NCBI GenBank assembly: GCA_965202985.1
Contig: CBDBCF010000002.1
Coordinates: 224,001-288,000, forward strand
Source of the DNA: Longimicrobiales bacterium
Lineage (GTDB): Bacteria; Gemmatimonadota; Gemmatimonadetes; Longimicrobiales; Gaopeijiaceae
Direction of reading: 5' to 3'
Length of the DNA: 64,000 nucleotides
A model generated the notes under the pieces. That model ran no database searches. It saw nothing but the letters and a program-made list of their open reading frames with translations, and was not told where the DNA came from. Below, piece after piece: positions 22,712 to 32,511 of this stretch. Position 1 is the stretch's first letter; each line of letters starts with the position of its first letter. The position numbers and the translations under genes are program-made.

Positions 22712-23176
22712 ATGTCGGGCGGCTGCGCCCGCGATCGGGCTTGGATGGCGCGTGCGCTCGAGATGGCCCGCGCGGGCGCCGCACGCGGGGAGGTCCCCGT
22801 CGGCGCAGTCGTCGTGCTGGAAGGCAAGGTGCTTGCCGAGGACCACAACCGGACCGTGGCGTGGTCCGATCCCACGGCTCACGCCGAGTCCGTGGCGATC
22901 CGTGCCGCTGCTCGCCGCCTGGGCGACTGGCGGCTGGAGGGATGCACGCTCTATGCCACGCTGGAGCCGTGCGCACAGTGCGCCGGGGCCGTCGTGCTGG
23001 CCCGAATCCCGAGGCTGGTGTTCGCCGCCTCGGACCCCAAGTCTGGCATGGCAGGCAGCCTGGAAGACCTGGTCCGAGACCCCCGCCTCAACCACGCCGC
23101 CGAAGTCGTGAGCGGCGTCCTGGCACGAGAATCCGCCGAACTGCTCCAAGCTTTTTTTAGGGTGCGGCGGGCGTAG
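22712..23176 (+). CDS. tadA: tRNA adenosine(34) deaminase
   Basis: GEVPVGAV, DPTAHAE and TLEPCAQC. Confidence 0.92.
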   Translation: MSGGCARDRAWMARALEMARAGAARGEVPVGAVVVLEGKVLAEDHNRTVAWSDPTAHAESVAIRAAARRLGDWRLEGCTLYATLEPCAQCAGAVVLARIPRLVFAASDPKSGMAGSLEDLVRDPRLNHAAEVVSGVLARESAELLQAFFRVRRA

Positions 23177-23280
23177 CGGGTCATGGCTTCTGGTCGATGG
23201 CCACGACGATCGACTACCGGCGGCAACCGGCGTGGCCTGCAAGGCTCCGGGGCCTGCGGACCGCGGGGCTGCGCCGTGTG

Positions 23281-23294
23281 AATTTTGATATACC
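23281..23294 (+). promoter_or_regulatory. Conserved AATTTTGATATACC motif (copy 1)
   Basis: Identical 14-mer on the minus strand at 39495-39508; both lie about 100-110 nt before a start codon. Confidence 0.55.
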
Positions 23295-23393
23295 AAGTTT
23301 CGCGACGACAGGCATCTCCCCAGTAATCGCAACCGATGGGCGTCCGCGAGGAAAGTCCCGCGAGGTCGCCCATCGCTGGAAGGGAGAAGCATC

Positions 23394-24017
23394 ATGACGA
23401 CGTTCCAAGGATTCGCCTTGCGCATTATCGCTGTCCTGCGCCGCATCATCCTCGCGGTGAGGCCGGCTCGCCCGGTACGCCACCCCGTCGGCGTCAGAAA
23501 CCTCAACCTCGGGCTCACACTGATTGCGACGGCTTTGGCGGTTGCGGTCGGGCTGCTGGTGTCCCCGGTCACGGGCGCGTCCTCCTTGCAGGGGCAGTGC
23601 GTCGTCTGCAATGAGGACGGGCACTGCGTGGACGGAGCCGGGGGCTCGAGTTGCACGAGTACGCGAGGCGGCGGAAAGCATCGCTGCCAAGTGACGGGCG
23701 GGTGCGAATGCACCAAGGTCGAGATACCGTTCTGGTTCGACACCCAGGTCTGCGCACCGACCGAAAGCGAGCAACAGGCAAGCCTGATGCCCGGCGTGGA
23801 CACTCGGATCATCGATCACGGCGGACGCAACATTACCTTGATTCGAGTAGGGCCAGCCCACTTCGCCGGAGCCGCCCAATGCGGGTCCAGCGACGATTGG
23901 GTCTTCCTTGCGCGCCAATTGCCGAGTGGTGAGCTTGCCGTTACCTTGAATCCGCTCGTCATCCGATTCCAGCGCTGGGCCCACGGGCTCGCGTTCGAGC
24001 GAGCAACGACCGACTGA
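23394..24017 (+). CDS. Cys-rich exported protein (copy A, intact)
   Basis: Purine-rich SD; long basic/hydrophobic leader; 8-Cys domain conserved in the paralog. Confidence 0.75.
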   Translation: MTTFQGFALRIIAVLRRIILAVRPARPVRHPVGVRNLNLGLTLIATALAVAVGLLVSPVTGASSLQGQCVVCNEDGHCVDGAGGSSCTSTRGGGKHRCQVTGGCECTKVEIPFWFDTQVCAPTESEQQASLMPGVDTRIIDHGGRNITLIRVGPAHFAGAAQCGSSDDWVFLARQLPSGELAVTLNPLVIRFQRWAHGLAFERATTD

Positions 24018-24047
24018 GCCTGCTGGGCCAATCAGGAGGCATTCGAC

Positions 24048-25115
24048 ATGAAGCTCCACTTCATGAAGACCATCGTTGGGGCCGTCCTGCTATTCGCGTC
24101 GAGTCTGGCGGTGACCGGCGAACTGGTTGCGGCCCACACGCAGGCGTCGACGTACCCGCTCGAAGTGCGTGTCCGGGAGATCTGGAGCACATACGGCGAT
24201 CCGGGATTCGGATGGCCCAGAGGCATGTTGCAGTGGCCGGACGGAACTGTCTGGGTTGGCGACAGCCAAGTATCGGAGGTGGCCGAAGTATCGGCCGACG
24301 GCACCCAAATGAAGCTCGCTCTGCGCGGTGGCGAGGGTCCGGGCGAGCTCCGCAGAGTTTACCGGATCGTGCATTACCGGGACGGCGGAATCGTCATACA
24401 CGACGTGCCGGGATTCTCGTTCTTCGGTGCCGACAAGAAGTTCCGCCGACGGATGACGTGGCCCGTCAGCTTGAACACGCGCAGCGTAGTGGCAACGCCC
24501 GACGGCGACCTGATCGCCAGTGGCGGCTTCGGGTACAAAGACCACGAGCTGGCTCGCTACGCCGTGCATCGGTTCGACAGCAGGCGGGGTCGGCACGTCA
24601 AGAGCTGGCACGCCGCCGCCGACCACCAACAGTGGGAAACGGTTCGCCAGACTTCCGGGGGAGCAATGGCCGTTACGGCAGACGGCGGGCTCTTGGTGTC
24701 CGATGCGGCACCGTTCAGGATCACCCGTTATGCCGATCTCCTGGGTAATGGAGCGCAACTTGTGATCGAGGACGAAGGCGTGGTCTCCGCATCGGAACGA
24801 GACCGGGCGGTCACGTACCTGCCTGACGGCTACGAGTACAATAGCGGGTGGACCCGATCGTACTTTATCAACGAGCTCGAGAACGGAAACATTCTCAATG
24901 TCGTAAAGGTCTGGCCCGAAGAGGGCCCGCCCACGAGCGAATGGCTCGTCGTCTCGCCGGAGGGAAGCATCTTGGCCCGCAGTCCTGTGGCGAAGGGATA
25001 CGAGGTGTGGAACGCCACTCCCGACGGCCGCTACTTGGCCACGTATTGGGACGACCCGGCTGGCATGGACGCGGCGGTCAAGCTGGAAGTGGCGGTCGGC
25101 CCGCCGCCACGGTGA
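24048..25115 (+). CDS. Exported putative 6-bladed (NHL-like) beta-propeller protein (copy A)
   Basis: AGGAGG SD; signal ending TQA; GEGPGEL motif; repeated xDGxLxVxD blade-like units. Confidence 0.78.
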   Translation: MKLHFMKTIVGAVLLFASSLAVTGELVAAHTQASTYPLEVRVREIWSTYGDPGFGWPRGMLQWPDGTVWVGDSQVSEVAEVSADGTQMKLALRGGEGPGELRRVYRIVHYRDGGIVIHDVPGFSFFGADKKFRRRMTWPVSLNTRSVVATPDGDLIASGGFGYKDHELARYAVHRFDSRRGRHVKSWHAAADHQQWETVRQTSGGAMAVTADGGLLVSDAAPFRITRYADLLGNGAQLVIEDEGVVSASERDRAVTYLPDGYEYNSGWTRSYFINELENGNILNVVKVWPEEGPPTSEWLVVSPEGSILARSPVAKGYEVWNATPDGRYLATYWDDPAGMDAAVKLEVAVGPPPR

Positions 25116-25122
25116 CGCGAAC

Positions 25123-25383
25123 CTAGGGAGTGGGGACTGGCCGTCGTCGGTTCCCGGCATGCGTCCGACGAGGCTCTCGAATGCGCGGTGCCCCGGCGCG
25201 ACGACACTCGTTGAGCACGCGCTTGGACCAAGCGTCGCAGTATACATCCTGGGCCTTTGACGACCGGTGCAGGAAGGCTGGCCTGACCGCCTCCCACCGT
25301 TGCGCCGTCGCATTCGACGCCGGCATGTACGCCCAAGCCGTTGCGAACGCATCGCACCACCGGACCATCCTGAACGCCGTCAT
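25123..25383 (-). CDS. Possible small hypothetical protein (86 aa)
   Basis: GGAGG then ATG directly after the nhaC stop; no recognisable motif. Confidence 0.3.
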   Translation of the reverse strand: MTAFRMVRWCDAFATAWAYMPASNATAQRWEAVRPAFLHRSSKAQDVYCDAWSKRVLNECRRAGAPRIREPRRTHAGNRRRPVPTP

Positions 25384-25385
25384 CG

Positions 25386-27479
25386 TTATCCCTCCGCCGA
25401 AACTTCCTCCACAGGCGTCCCGAAAATGCGCAGGATCACGGCCAGCACGATCACGCTGGCCGGCAGCGCCACCCAGTGGGGCAGCCCGAGCGCGGTGCCG
25501 ATGCTGCCCAGGGCCAATCCCACGGCGCCCACCAGCATGGCGTACGGCAACTGGGTGCGGACGTGATCCATGTGGTCGCAGGCCGCCGCCGTGGACGACA
25601 GCACGGTGGTGTCCGAGATCGGCGAGCAGTGGTCGCCCCAGATCGCCCCTGCCAGGACGGCGCTGACCGCCCCCAGGAGGAAGCCGTATTGGGAACCGTC
25701 GGCGAAACCCGTTCCGCCCGCCAGGGACACGGTGAGCGGCACCACCAGCGGGATCATGATCGCCATGGTTGTCCAGGAGGTGCCCGTGGCGAACGCCATC
25801 GCCCCCGACGTGACGAACACCAGGGCCGGAAGCATCCACAGGGGAAGGTTGCCGCTCAGCAAGCCGGACAGGTAGCCGGCCGTCCCCAGGTCCGAGGTCA
25901 CCGATCCCAGCGACCACGCCAGGACCAGGATCGTCATGGCCACCATCATGGCCTTCACGCCGCCGGTCCAGGCGTCCACGCACTCGTGGATCGTCAGCGC
26001 GCGCTGGGCCAGCGAGAGCACCGCTGCCACCAAGCATCCCGCCAGCGAGCCCCAGAGCAGGGTGTTGAAGGGATCGGCGGCCCCGAAGACGTCTCGCAGC
26101 GACGCGTCAGGACCCGCCCCGGCCCGGCCCGTGACGTACAGCCCGCCCAGCACCACGGCCACCACGGCGAGCACCGGAAGGCCGGCGTTCCAACCGTTGC
26201 ACGCCAAGCCTTCCTTGGCCTGCAAGAAGCTGCCCGACGTGTCGGTGGCCGGTGTGGCGCCCGGCCGGTGGAGCCCGCCCCCGGCCGCGGCTCTGGCTTC
26301 GGCCCGGGCCATGGGACCGAAGTCCCGGTTCATGACCGACGTGAGGAACACGAACGCCATCGCCAGCAGGGGGTAGAACAGGTAGGGGATCGACTGGACG
26401 AACAGGGTGTAGGGACTCAGCGCCGCAAAGAACGCCGACTCCGCGCCGGTGGTCCCCGCGGCCACGGAGTCCAGGCCGCCGCCGATCAGCGACACCTCGT
26501 AACCGACCCAGGTGGACACGGGCACCAGGGCCGCCACCGGCGCCGCCGTCGAGTCCACTAGATACGCCAGCTTCTCGCGGGAGATCTTCAGCTTGTCGGT
26601 GATGGGGCGCATGGTGTTGCCCACCACGAGCGTGTTGGCGTAGTCGTCGAAGAAGATCGCCAGGCCGGCCAGCGCGGTGGCGACCTTGCCCCGTCGGCGG
26701 TTCCTTGCCAGGGGCGTCACCGCCCGCACGATGCCCAGCGTGCCCCCGTTGCGCCCGATGATCCCCACCATCCCGCCCAGCATCAGGCTGAAGACGACGA
26801 TCTGCGCGTGGCCGCTGCTGGTGTCCGCCAGCGCCGAGATCACGTACTGATCCACCATGCGCCACGTGGCGTCCAGCGGGTTGTAGCCCGACACCGCCAG
26901 GGCGCCCAGCCAGATGCCCGCCACCAGCGCGGTGATCACTTCCTTGAACGCCAGCGCCAGCAGGATGGCGAACAGCGGCGGCAGCACCGAGAACCATCCC
27001 GGCGCGTAGGGGCGCGAGAACTCCTCGACCGCGTCGCCCACGCGAACCGACAGGGGCAGGGCGTCCCGCGAGGCCACGGAGATGTCGCGGAACTCCCGCA
27101 CTTCGCCGGCGTCCACCGGCCCCGACGCGAGCAGCGTGCCTTGGGCATCGCGGATCTCCGCCAGCGCCGACAGGCCCCGCTCCCTTCCGGCCGACGTGGC
27201 TTCCTCGCCCGCCACCGACAGGGAGAAGGGAACCGACCCGAGCACGACCTTGGGGCCGTCCGCCACTTGCTGGCCGCTGGCCGCCGCCGTCGGGAGCGCG
27301 AGCGCCAGCACGACAGCAGCGACGCGCCGGGCGAGTCGGAAGGCGGGCCAACGGCGGATCGTGACGCGCGGGCGCCGAACCCGCGCGCCTGAGCCAAGGG
27401 CCGCCGCCCTCGAATGCGGGGTCGGCGCGTGGGAAGTCGGCGCTGGCGAACGGAAGATCGAGGCGTCGAGACGGGACAT
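25386..27479 (-). CDS. Na+/H+ antiporter NhaC family protein with N-terminal extracytoplasmic domain (start uncertain)
   Basis: IFFDDYANTL, SREKLAYLVDSTAAP, GTSWTT and GDHCSPISDTT. Confidence 0.87.
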   Translation of the reverse strand: MSRLDASIFRSPAPTSHAPTPHSRAAALGSGARVRRPRVTIRRWPAFRLARRVAAVVLALALPTAAASGQQVADGPKVVLGSVPFSLSVAGEEATSAGRERGLSALAEIRDAQGTLLASGPVDAGEVREFRDISVASRDALPLSVRVGDAVEEFSRPYAPGWFSVLPPLFAILLALAFKEVITALVAGIWLGALAVSGYNPLDATWRMVDQYVISALADTSSGHAQIVVFSLMLGGMVGIIGRNGGTLGIVRAVTPLARNRRRGKVATALAGLAIFFDDYANTLVVGNTMRPITDKLKISREKLAYLVDSTAAPVAALVPVSTWVGYEVSLIGGGLDSVAAGTTGAESAFFAALSPYTLFVQSIPYLFYPLLAMAFVFLTSVMNRDFGPMARAEARAAAGGGLHRPGATPATDTSGSFLQAKEGLACNGWNAGLPVLAVVAVVLGGLYVTGRAGAGPDASLRDVFGAADPFNTLLWGSLAGCLVAAVLSLAQRALTIHECVDAWTGGVKAMMVAMTILVLAWSLGSVTSDLGTAGYLSGLLSGNLPLWMLPALVFVTSGAMAFATGTSWTTMAIMIPLVVPLTVSLAGGTGFADGSQYGFLLGAVSAVLAGAIWGDHCSPISDTTVLSSTAAACDHMDHVRTQLPYAMLVGAVGLALGSIGTALGLPHWVALPASVIVLAVILRIFGTPVEEVSAEG

Positions 27480-27556
27480 GGGCACTCCGCGGTCGGGTCT
27501 GGGAACTGCTCCCATCATGTTGGACCGGCGTTTCCGTGGCAATTATCTTGTCGGCC

Positions 27557-28159
27557 GTGAACCCAGAAAATCTCCCGGCCGGCCCGCCCTCGGCGACGCC
27601 CACGGTGCTCATGGACGCGGACGCCGTCCGGCGGGTCGTGGACCGCATGGCGCACGAAGTGCTGGAAAGGGCCGGGGGCGCTGGGGACTTGGTCCTGATG
27701 GGCGTCCAGCGCCGGGGCGTCGACTTGGCGGACATGATCGGCGCGCGCGCGGCGGCGGCCGAGGGCGCGTCGGTTCCCACCGGGACGCTGGACATCACCA
27801 TGTACCGGGACGACCTCATGGCCTTGGGGCACCTGCCCCGGGTCGGGGAGACGCGCCTGCCGTCCGGCGGCGTGGACGGCAAGACGGTCGTTCTCGTGGA
27901 CGACGTGGTGTACACCGGGCGCACCGTTCGCGCGGCCCTCAACGAGCTCATGGACTTCGGGCGCCCGGCGCGCATCCTCCTCTGCGTGCTCGTGGACCGG
28001 GGCGAGCGGCAGATGCCGATCCAGGCCGACATCGTGGGCCGCGCCTGCCAGGTGCTCCCCGACCAGCGCGTGGACGTGCTGGTCCCCGCCGTGGACGGCA
28101 GCTTGGCGGTCGTCGTGACCGGGACGCTGCGACGGCCGGGCGCCGCCTTGCCCCGATGA
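27557..28159 (+). CDS. pyrR: Bifunctional pyr regulator / uracil phosphoribosyltransferase PyrR (start uncertain)
   Basis: GVQRRG, LDITMYRDD, VLVDDVVYTGRT and LVDRG...PIQAD. Confidence 0.92.
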   Translation: MNPENLPAGPPSATPTVLMDADAVRRVVDRMAHEVLERAGGAGDLVLMGVQRRGVDLADMIGARAAAAEGASVPTGTLDITMYRDDLMALGHLPRVGETRLPSGGVDGKTVVLVDDVVYTGRTVRAALNELMDFGRPARILLCVLVDRGERQMPIQADIVGRACQVLPDQRVDVLVPAVDGSLAVVVTGTLRRPGAALPR

Positions 28160-29196
28160 CGGTTCCGTCGCCGGCTCTGGGGAAGGACCTCGTCGGGCTG
28201 GAGCACCTCTCGGGGGACCAGATACGGGGCATCCTCGACTTGGCCACGCGCTTCCGGGAGATATCGGACCGCCCGATCAAGAAGCTGCCCGTCCTGCGGG
28301 GCAAGACGATCGTCAACCTCTTCTTCGAGCCCTCGACCCGCACACGCATCTCGTTCGAGTTCGCGGAGAAGCGACTGGGGGCGGACACGGTGAACATCGG
28401 GGCCAGCCGGTCGTCGGTGTCCAAGGGCGAGACGCTGGTCGACACGGCCCGGAACCTGGAGGCGATGCGGATCGACATGGTGGTGATGCGCCATTGGTCC
28501 GCCGGTGCCGCCGCCTTCTTGGCCAACCGCATTCCCTCGAACGTGGTGAACGCCGGCGACGGCGCGCACGAGCACCCCACGCAGGGGCTCCTGGACCTGC
28601 TCACCCTCCGCGACCGCTTCGGCAAGCTGGAGGGGCTCAAGGTTTGCGTCGTGGGGGACGTCCTCCACTCCCGCGTGGCGCGGTCCAACATCTTCGGCCT
28701 GCTCAACATGGGTGCGGAGGTGGCGGTCTGCGGACCTCGCACCTTGCTGCCGGCCGCGATCGAGGAACTGGGCTGCCGCGTCTTCGCACGGGTAGAGGAT
28801 GCGCTGGAATGGGCCGACGCGCTCAATGTGCTGCGCCTCCAGCTGGAGCGGATGCAGGCCGGGTTCGTGCCGTCGCTCCGCGAGTACAACCGTGCCTTCG
28901 GGGTGACCTGCCACCGGCTGGCCCAGGCGCCGCGGGCGGTGACGATCCTTCACCCTGGACCGATGAACCGAGGCGTCGAGATCGACTCGGACGTGGCCGA
29001 CGGCCCCCACTCGGTCGTCCTCCGCCAGGTGACCAACGGCGTGGCCGTCAGGATGGCGGTGCTGGCGCTGCTGGCGGACCGCGCGTCCCATGCGCCGGAG
29101 GCGCCCGCTTCTGCTGGGTCCGCTGAGCATCCCGGGGGCGAGGCGCCCGCGTCCGTCGGGTCGGACCAGCCCCCGACCGGGAACGCGAACCGGTGA
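28156..29196 (+). CDS. pyrB: Aspartate carbamoyltransferase catalytic subunit
   Basis: FEPSTRT, NAGDGAHEHPTQ, HSRV and HPGP all intact. Confidence 0.96.
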   Translation: MTVPSPALGKDLVGLEHLSGDQIRGILDLATRFREISDRPIKKLPVLRGKTIVNLFFEPSTRTRISFEFAEKRLGADTVNIGASRSSVSKGETLVDTARNLEAMRIDMVVMRHWSAGAAAFLANRIPSNVVNAGDGAHEHPTQGLLDLLTLRDRFGKLEGLKVCVVGDVLHSRVARSNIFGLLNMGAEVAVCGPRTLLPAAIEELGCRVFARVEDALEWADALNVLRLQLERMQAGFVPSLREYNRAFGVTCHRLAQAPRAVTILHPGPMNRGVEIDSDVADGPHSVVLRQVTNGVAVRMAVLALLADRASHAPEAPASAGSAEHPGGEAPASVGSDQPPTGNANR

Positions 29197-30521
29197 CGCG
29201 GTTGCTGGTGCACGGGGGACGCGTCGTCGACCCGACCCGGGGCCTGGACGCCGTGCGCGACGTGCTGGTCGAGGACGGACGGGTCGCGGCGGTGGGCGAG
29301 GACTTGGCCACAACGGTTCCCTCGTCGGCGGAAGGTTCGCCGTCCTTGCAAGCGATCGACGCCGCCGGCTTGGTGGTGGCGCCCGGCTTCGTGGACCCGC
29401 ACGCCCACCTCTGCGAACCGGGACTGGAGCATTGCGAGACGATCGCCACCGGCGCGGCGGCCGCGGCGGCGGGGGGCTTCACGGTGGTCTGCGCCATGCC
29501 CGACACCGACCCGCCCGTGGACGATCCCGCCGCGGTCGGCTTCGTGGTCGCGGCCGGACGGCGCGCCTCGGGCGCCCGGGTCTTCCCGGCGGCGGCGGCC
29601 ACCGTCGGCAGGGAAGCGGAACGCCTGGCAGAGTTCGGCGAAGTGGTAGAGGCCGGCGCGGTGGCCGTGAGCGACGCGGGCCGCGCGATCCGCTCTTCGC
29701 GGCTGATGCGGCTGGCCCTTGAGTACGCCCAGTCGTTCGACATCCCGGTCCTGGCCCATGCGGAGGACCCGTGGCTGGCGGAGGGCGCCGTAATGCACGA
29801 GGGGGTCGTCTCCACCCGGCTGGGGCTCCGGGGCAAGCCGGGCGCCGCCGAGGAGATAGGCATCTACCGGGACTTGGCGCTGGCCGGTGCGACGGGCGGC
29901 CGCCTCCATCTGCAACGGGTCACGACCGCCGCCGCCTGCCGCCTGATCCGCCAAGCTCGCGAGCGCGGCGTTCGCGTCACCGCCGAGGCCACCCCCCACC
30001 ACCTGCTTCTCGCTCACGACCTGCTGGATAGCTACGGCGCCAACTGCAAGGTGGACCCGCCGCTGCGGCCCCGCGCCGACGTGGAGGCGTTGCAGGCGGC
30101 CTTGGCCGAGGGCGTGATCGACGCGGTGGCCACCGACCATGCGCCCCGCCACTACGACGAAAAGGAACAGGCGTTCGACGACGCCCCCTTCGGCGTCGTG
30201 GGCTTCGAGACCGCCTTCGCCGTCCTTCACACCGACTTGGTGCTGAAGGGAGTTCTGGACCTTCCGACCCTGATCGCGCGCATGTCGTCGGGTCCGGCGC
30301 GCGTGCTGGGCCTACCGGGCGGCGGGCTGGCGCCGGGTTCGCCCGCCGACCTGATCCTGATCGACCCGGCGGACGAGTGGGAAGCCGACCCCGACGCCTT
30401 CCTCTCCAAGAGTCGCAACACGCCCTTCGCGGGCCGGCGGCTGGTCGGAAGGGTGGTCCGAACGCTTGTGGAGGGCGAAACCGTCTGGATGCGGTCGGAC
30501 CCCGGCGGAGCCTTGGACTAA
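29193..30521 (+). CDS. pyrC: Dihydroorotase-family protein, active site degenerate (PyrC'-like)
   Basis: DPHAH, AGGFT, EATPHH, PPLR, ATDHAP and SKSRNTPF; coupled to pyrB; several canonical residues are substituted. Confidence 0.85.
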   Translation: MTRLLVHGGRVVDPTRGLDAVRDVLVEDGRVAAVGEDLATTVPSSAEGSPSLQAIDAAGLVVAPGFVDPHAHLCEPGLEHCETIATGAAAAAAGGFTVVCAMPDTDPPVDDPAAVGFVVAAGRRASGARVFPAAAATVGREAERLAEFGEVVEAGAVAVSDAGRAIRSSRLMRLALEYAQSFDIPVLAHAEDPWLAEGAVMHEGVVSTRLGLRGKPGAAEEIGIYRDLALAGATGGRLHLQRVTTAAACRLIRQARERGVRVTAEATPHHLLLAHDLLDSYGANCKVDPPLRPRADVEALQAALAEGVIDAVATDHAPRHYDEKEQAFDDAPFGVVGFETAFAVLHTDLVLKGVLDLPTLIARMSSGPARVLGLPGGGLAPGSPADLILIDPADEWEADPDAFLSKSRNTPFAGRRLVGRVVRTLVEGETVWMRSDPGGALD

Positions 30522-30551
30522 GGTCGGTCGGGCTCGCAGTCCAAAGCGTGG

Positions 30552-31634
30552 TCAGACGGGGCCGTTCGCGGTCCGCGCCAACAGCTTGTCGCCCGTGTCG
30601 CAGTCCACCACGGCGTCCGCCGCCTCGTCCACCAACTCCGAGCCCGACGCCGCCAAGATGCGGCGCAGCCGCTCCGCCGTCCCCGACCCGAACCGCCGCT
30701 CCGCCAAGCGAACCACCAGCGCCCGCTTGTCGGCCAACCCCTGCTCCAGCCCCTGCTCGCGACCCTGCTCCATCCCTTGTTCCAGCCCTTGCTCTCGGCC
30801 TTCTCGCCGGAGCTCCTCCGCTGCTTCCGCCGCCTGCCAGGACATGCCGCCTCCCTCCCTTGGGTGTCTGATCCGCTCCACGATCCGCTCTCTCGTCGCC
30901 CGCGCCACGCCCATCGCCCGCGCCGCCTCCTCCGCCCACATCGCGTAGCCCTCCCGCACGCCCGCGTGCTCAGGACCGCCGTAGCGCGCAGCCAGAGCCT
31001 CGGTCACACGACCCAGGCTCCGCCAGTCCCGAACCAAGTCCACCAGCCACCGCAGCAGCGTGCCGTCCGCCGGCAAGTCTTGCTCCGCAGCCGACCTCGA
31101 GTCAAGGACCTCGTACAGGTGTGCGGTCTGGAGCCGGGCGGCGCTCGCAGACCCCGGCGGCGCCAGCGCGGCCACGCTCGTCAGCGCGCGCCACGGCTCG
31201 GGACCGATGTGCAGCACCGACGACAGGACGGCGGGCGCGCCGCTGCCGTCGGGGTTCCTCCACTGCTTGCTGGCTTTGAGGAAGCGGTAGAGGTGGGCGA
31301 CGTACTCGAGGCTTCGGAAGAGCATGTCGTAGCCGACGGCGGACTGGTACTCGACGTGGAAGACGACGGCGCGGCGGCGGTGGCGGAAGGGGACCCACCA
31401 AGCGGCGTCGGCGCGCCGGAGCTTGGGGCCGGGGGAGACGTGCTCGGTGGGCAGTTCGCGGATCGAGTCGAGGTCGAGTTCGCGGTGCCAGCCGCGAGCC
31501 ATGAAGTCGCGGACCAATGACTGGGCGGCGAGGGGGTGGGCGAAGAACGACTTGAGGACCTCGTCGTGCCTGCGGGGGCGCTTGCGGCGAGGGGGTTGCC
31601 GGCCGTTCTCGGGCGGCGTGGGGTGCTCCGTCAT
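30552..31634 (-). CDS. Rpn/YhgA-like PD-(D/E)XK nuclease (copy 1)
   Basis: HDEVLKSFF, LDLDSI, RRADAAW and HVEYQS; C-terminal EQG repeats. Confidence 0.85.
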   Translation of the reverse strand: MTEHPTPPENGRQPPRRKRPRRHDEVLKSFFAHPLAAQSLVRDFMARGWHRELDLDSIRELPTEHVSPGPKLRRADAAWWVPFRHRRRAVVFHVEYQSAVGYDMLFRSLEYVAHLYRFLKASKQWRNPDGSGAPAVLSSVLHIGPEPWRALTSVAALAPPGSASAARLQTAHLYEVLDSRSAAEQDLPADGTLLRWLVDLVRDWRSLGRVTEALAARYGGPEHAGVREGYAMWAEEAARAMGVARATRERIVERIRHPREGGGMSWQAAEAAEELRREGREQGLEQGMEQGREQGLEQGLADKRALVVRLAERRFGSGTAERLRRILAASGSELVDEAADAVVDCDTGDKLLARTANGPV

Positions 31635-31741
31635 GGGTTGCGGTCTCCGTCGGCGCGGGGAAGTTGGCGGGGCTCGCTGGCGGGCTCGCGGGCGAACGCC
31701 GCCGGCCCGGCCTGCGAGGACCGGGCGAGTCCCGGATACGG

Positions 31742-31787
31742 AGCAAGATGGGACGAAAATTGGGCGCTTCCATGGCTGAATCGGCCC
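31742..31787 (-). promoter_or_regulatory. Conserved element upstream of Rpn copy 1
   Basis: Matches 62583-62629 (AGCAAGATG...AAATTGGGCG...AT.GCTG.ATCGGCCC on the + strand). Confidence 0.6.
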
Positions 31788-31817
31788 GTCTTTCGGCGAC
31801 CGCCGCTGGCCGGCAAG

Positions 31818-31845
31818 GGAACCTTTTTGCGGTTTGGTGAGTACC
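31818..31845 (+). promoter_or_regulatory. Possible ECF-type promoter
   Basis: GGAACC-N17-GTAC directly upstream of an ECF sigma gene. Confidence 0.4.
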
Positions 31846-31879
31846 ACGTACCAGAACCACCAACCAAAGGGGGGACCCC

Positions 31880-32500
31880 ATGGACGCTCTGCCGCTCAAC
31901 AAACCGCCCGCCGCGGCGAAAACTTCCGCCGCCGCCCTGCCGCCACCGGAGCCCGAGGTCGACCTGGACCGCTTCCACGCCGGCAACCCACGCCTGTTCC
32001 AAGACCTGTTCGCGCGAGTCGAGCCGCGCCTGGTCCAGGTGATCGCACGCTGGGCTCAAGACCCTGCTCACGCCGACGATCTCCTGCAAGAGACCCGCGT
32101 CCGCATCTACAAGAAGCGGACCGCCTACTCCGGGTCCGGTTCGTTCACGGGCTGGGCAGCGACCGTCTGCCTGAACGTGTGCCGGGCCGACCGTCGCATG
32201 GCGAAGCGGGACCCGACCGTGCCGATCGACGAACACGACGAGATCGCTGCCGCCGCACCCAGCCCGGAGGCGGAGCTTCGGCGGAAGCGTCGGGCGACCG
32301 TGGTGCGGAAGGCGCTCGAACGGCTGGACGACCGAGAACGAGAAGCGGTGGTCGCCCGGTACTTCGAGGGGCGCTCGACCGCGGAGGTCGCTCGGAGGAT
32401 GCGGGTGACGGAGACCGTCGTCGCGGCCCTGCTCGCCAAGGCTCTTCGCGAGTTCAGATGCATGGAAGACGTGATGGAACTGCTGCTGGACGCCGAGTAA
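31880..32500 (+). CDS. ECF-type RNA polymerase sigma factor
   Basis: ADDLLQE...SFTGW (region 2) and REAVVARYFEGRSTAEVA (region 4). Confidence 0.9.
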   Translation: MDALPLNKPPAAAKTSAAALPPPEPEVDLDRFHAGNPRLFQDLFARVEPRLVQVIARWAQDPAHADDLLQETRVRIYKKRTAYSGSGSFTGWAATVCLNVCRADRRMAKRDPTVPIDEHDEIAAAAPSPEAELRRKRRATVVRKALERLDDREREAVVARYFEGRSTAEVARRMRVTETVVAALLAKALREFRCMEDVMELLLDAE

Positions 32501-32511
32501 GGCCAGCCAGC

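Larger units (their letters stand above)
23340..25125 (+). repeat. Direct repeat copy A of the Cys-rich gene + propeller cassette
   Basis: Aligns by eye with 33329-35024 from GCGTCCGCGAGGAAA to GTGACGCGAACCTA. Confidence 0.95.

Noticed and set aside
27480..27556. PyrR-binding attenuator
   Set aside because: No recognisable PyrR binding loop or terminator in the short divergent spacer.
30739..30805. 12-bp tandem repeats as a CRISPR or VNTR element
   Set aside because: They encode the EQG repeats usual in Rpn C-termini; no spacers or cas genes seen.
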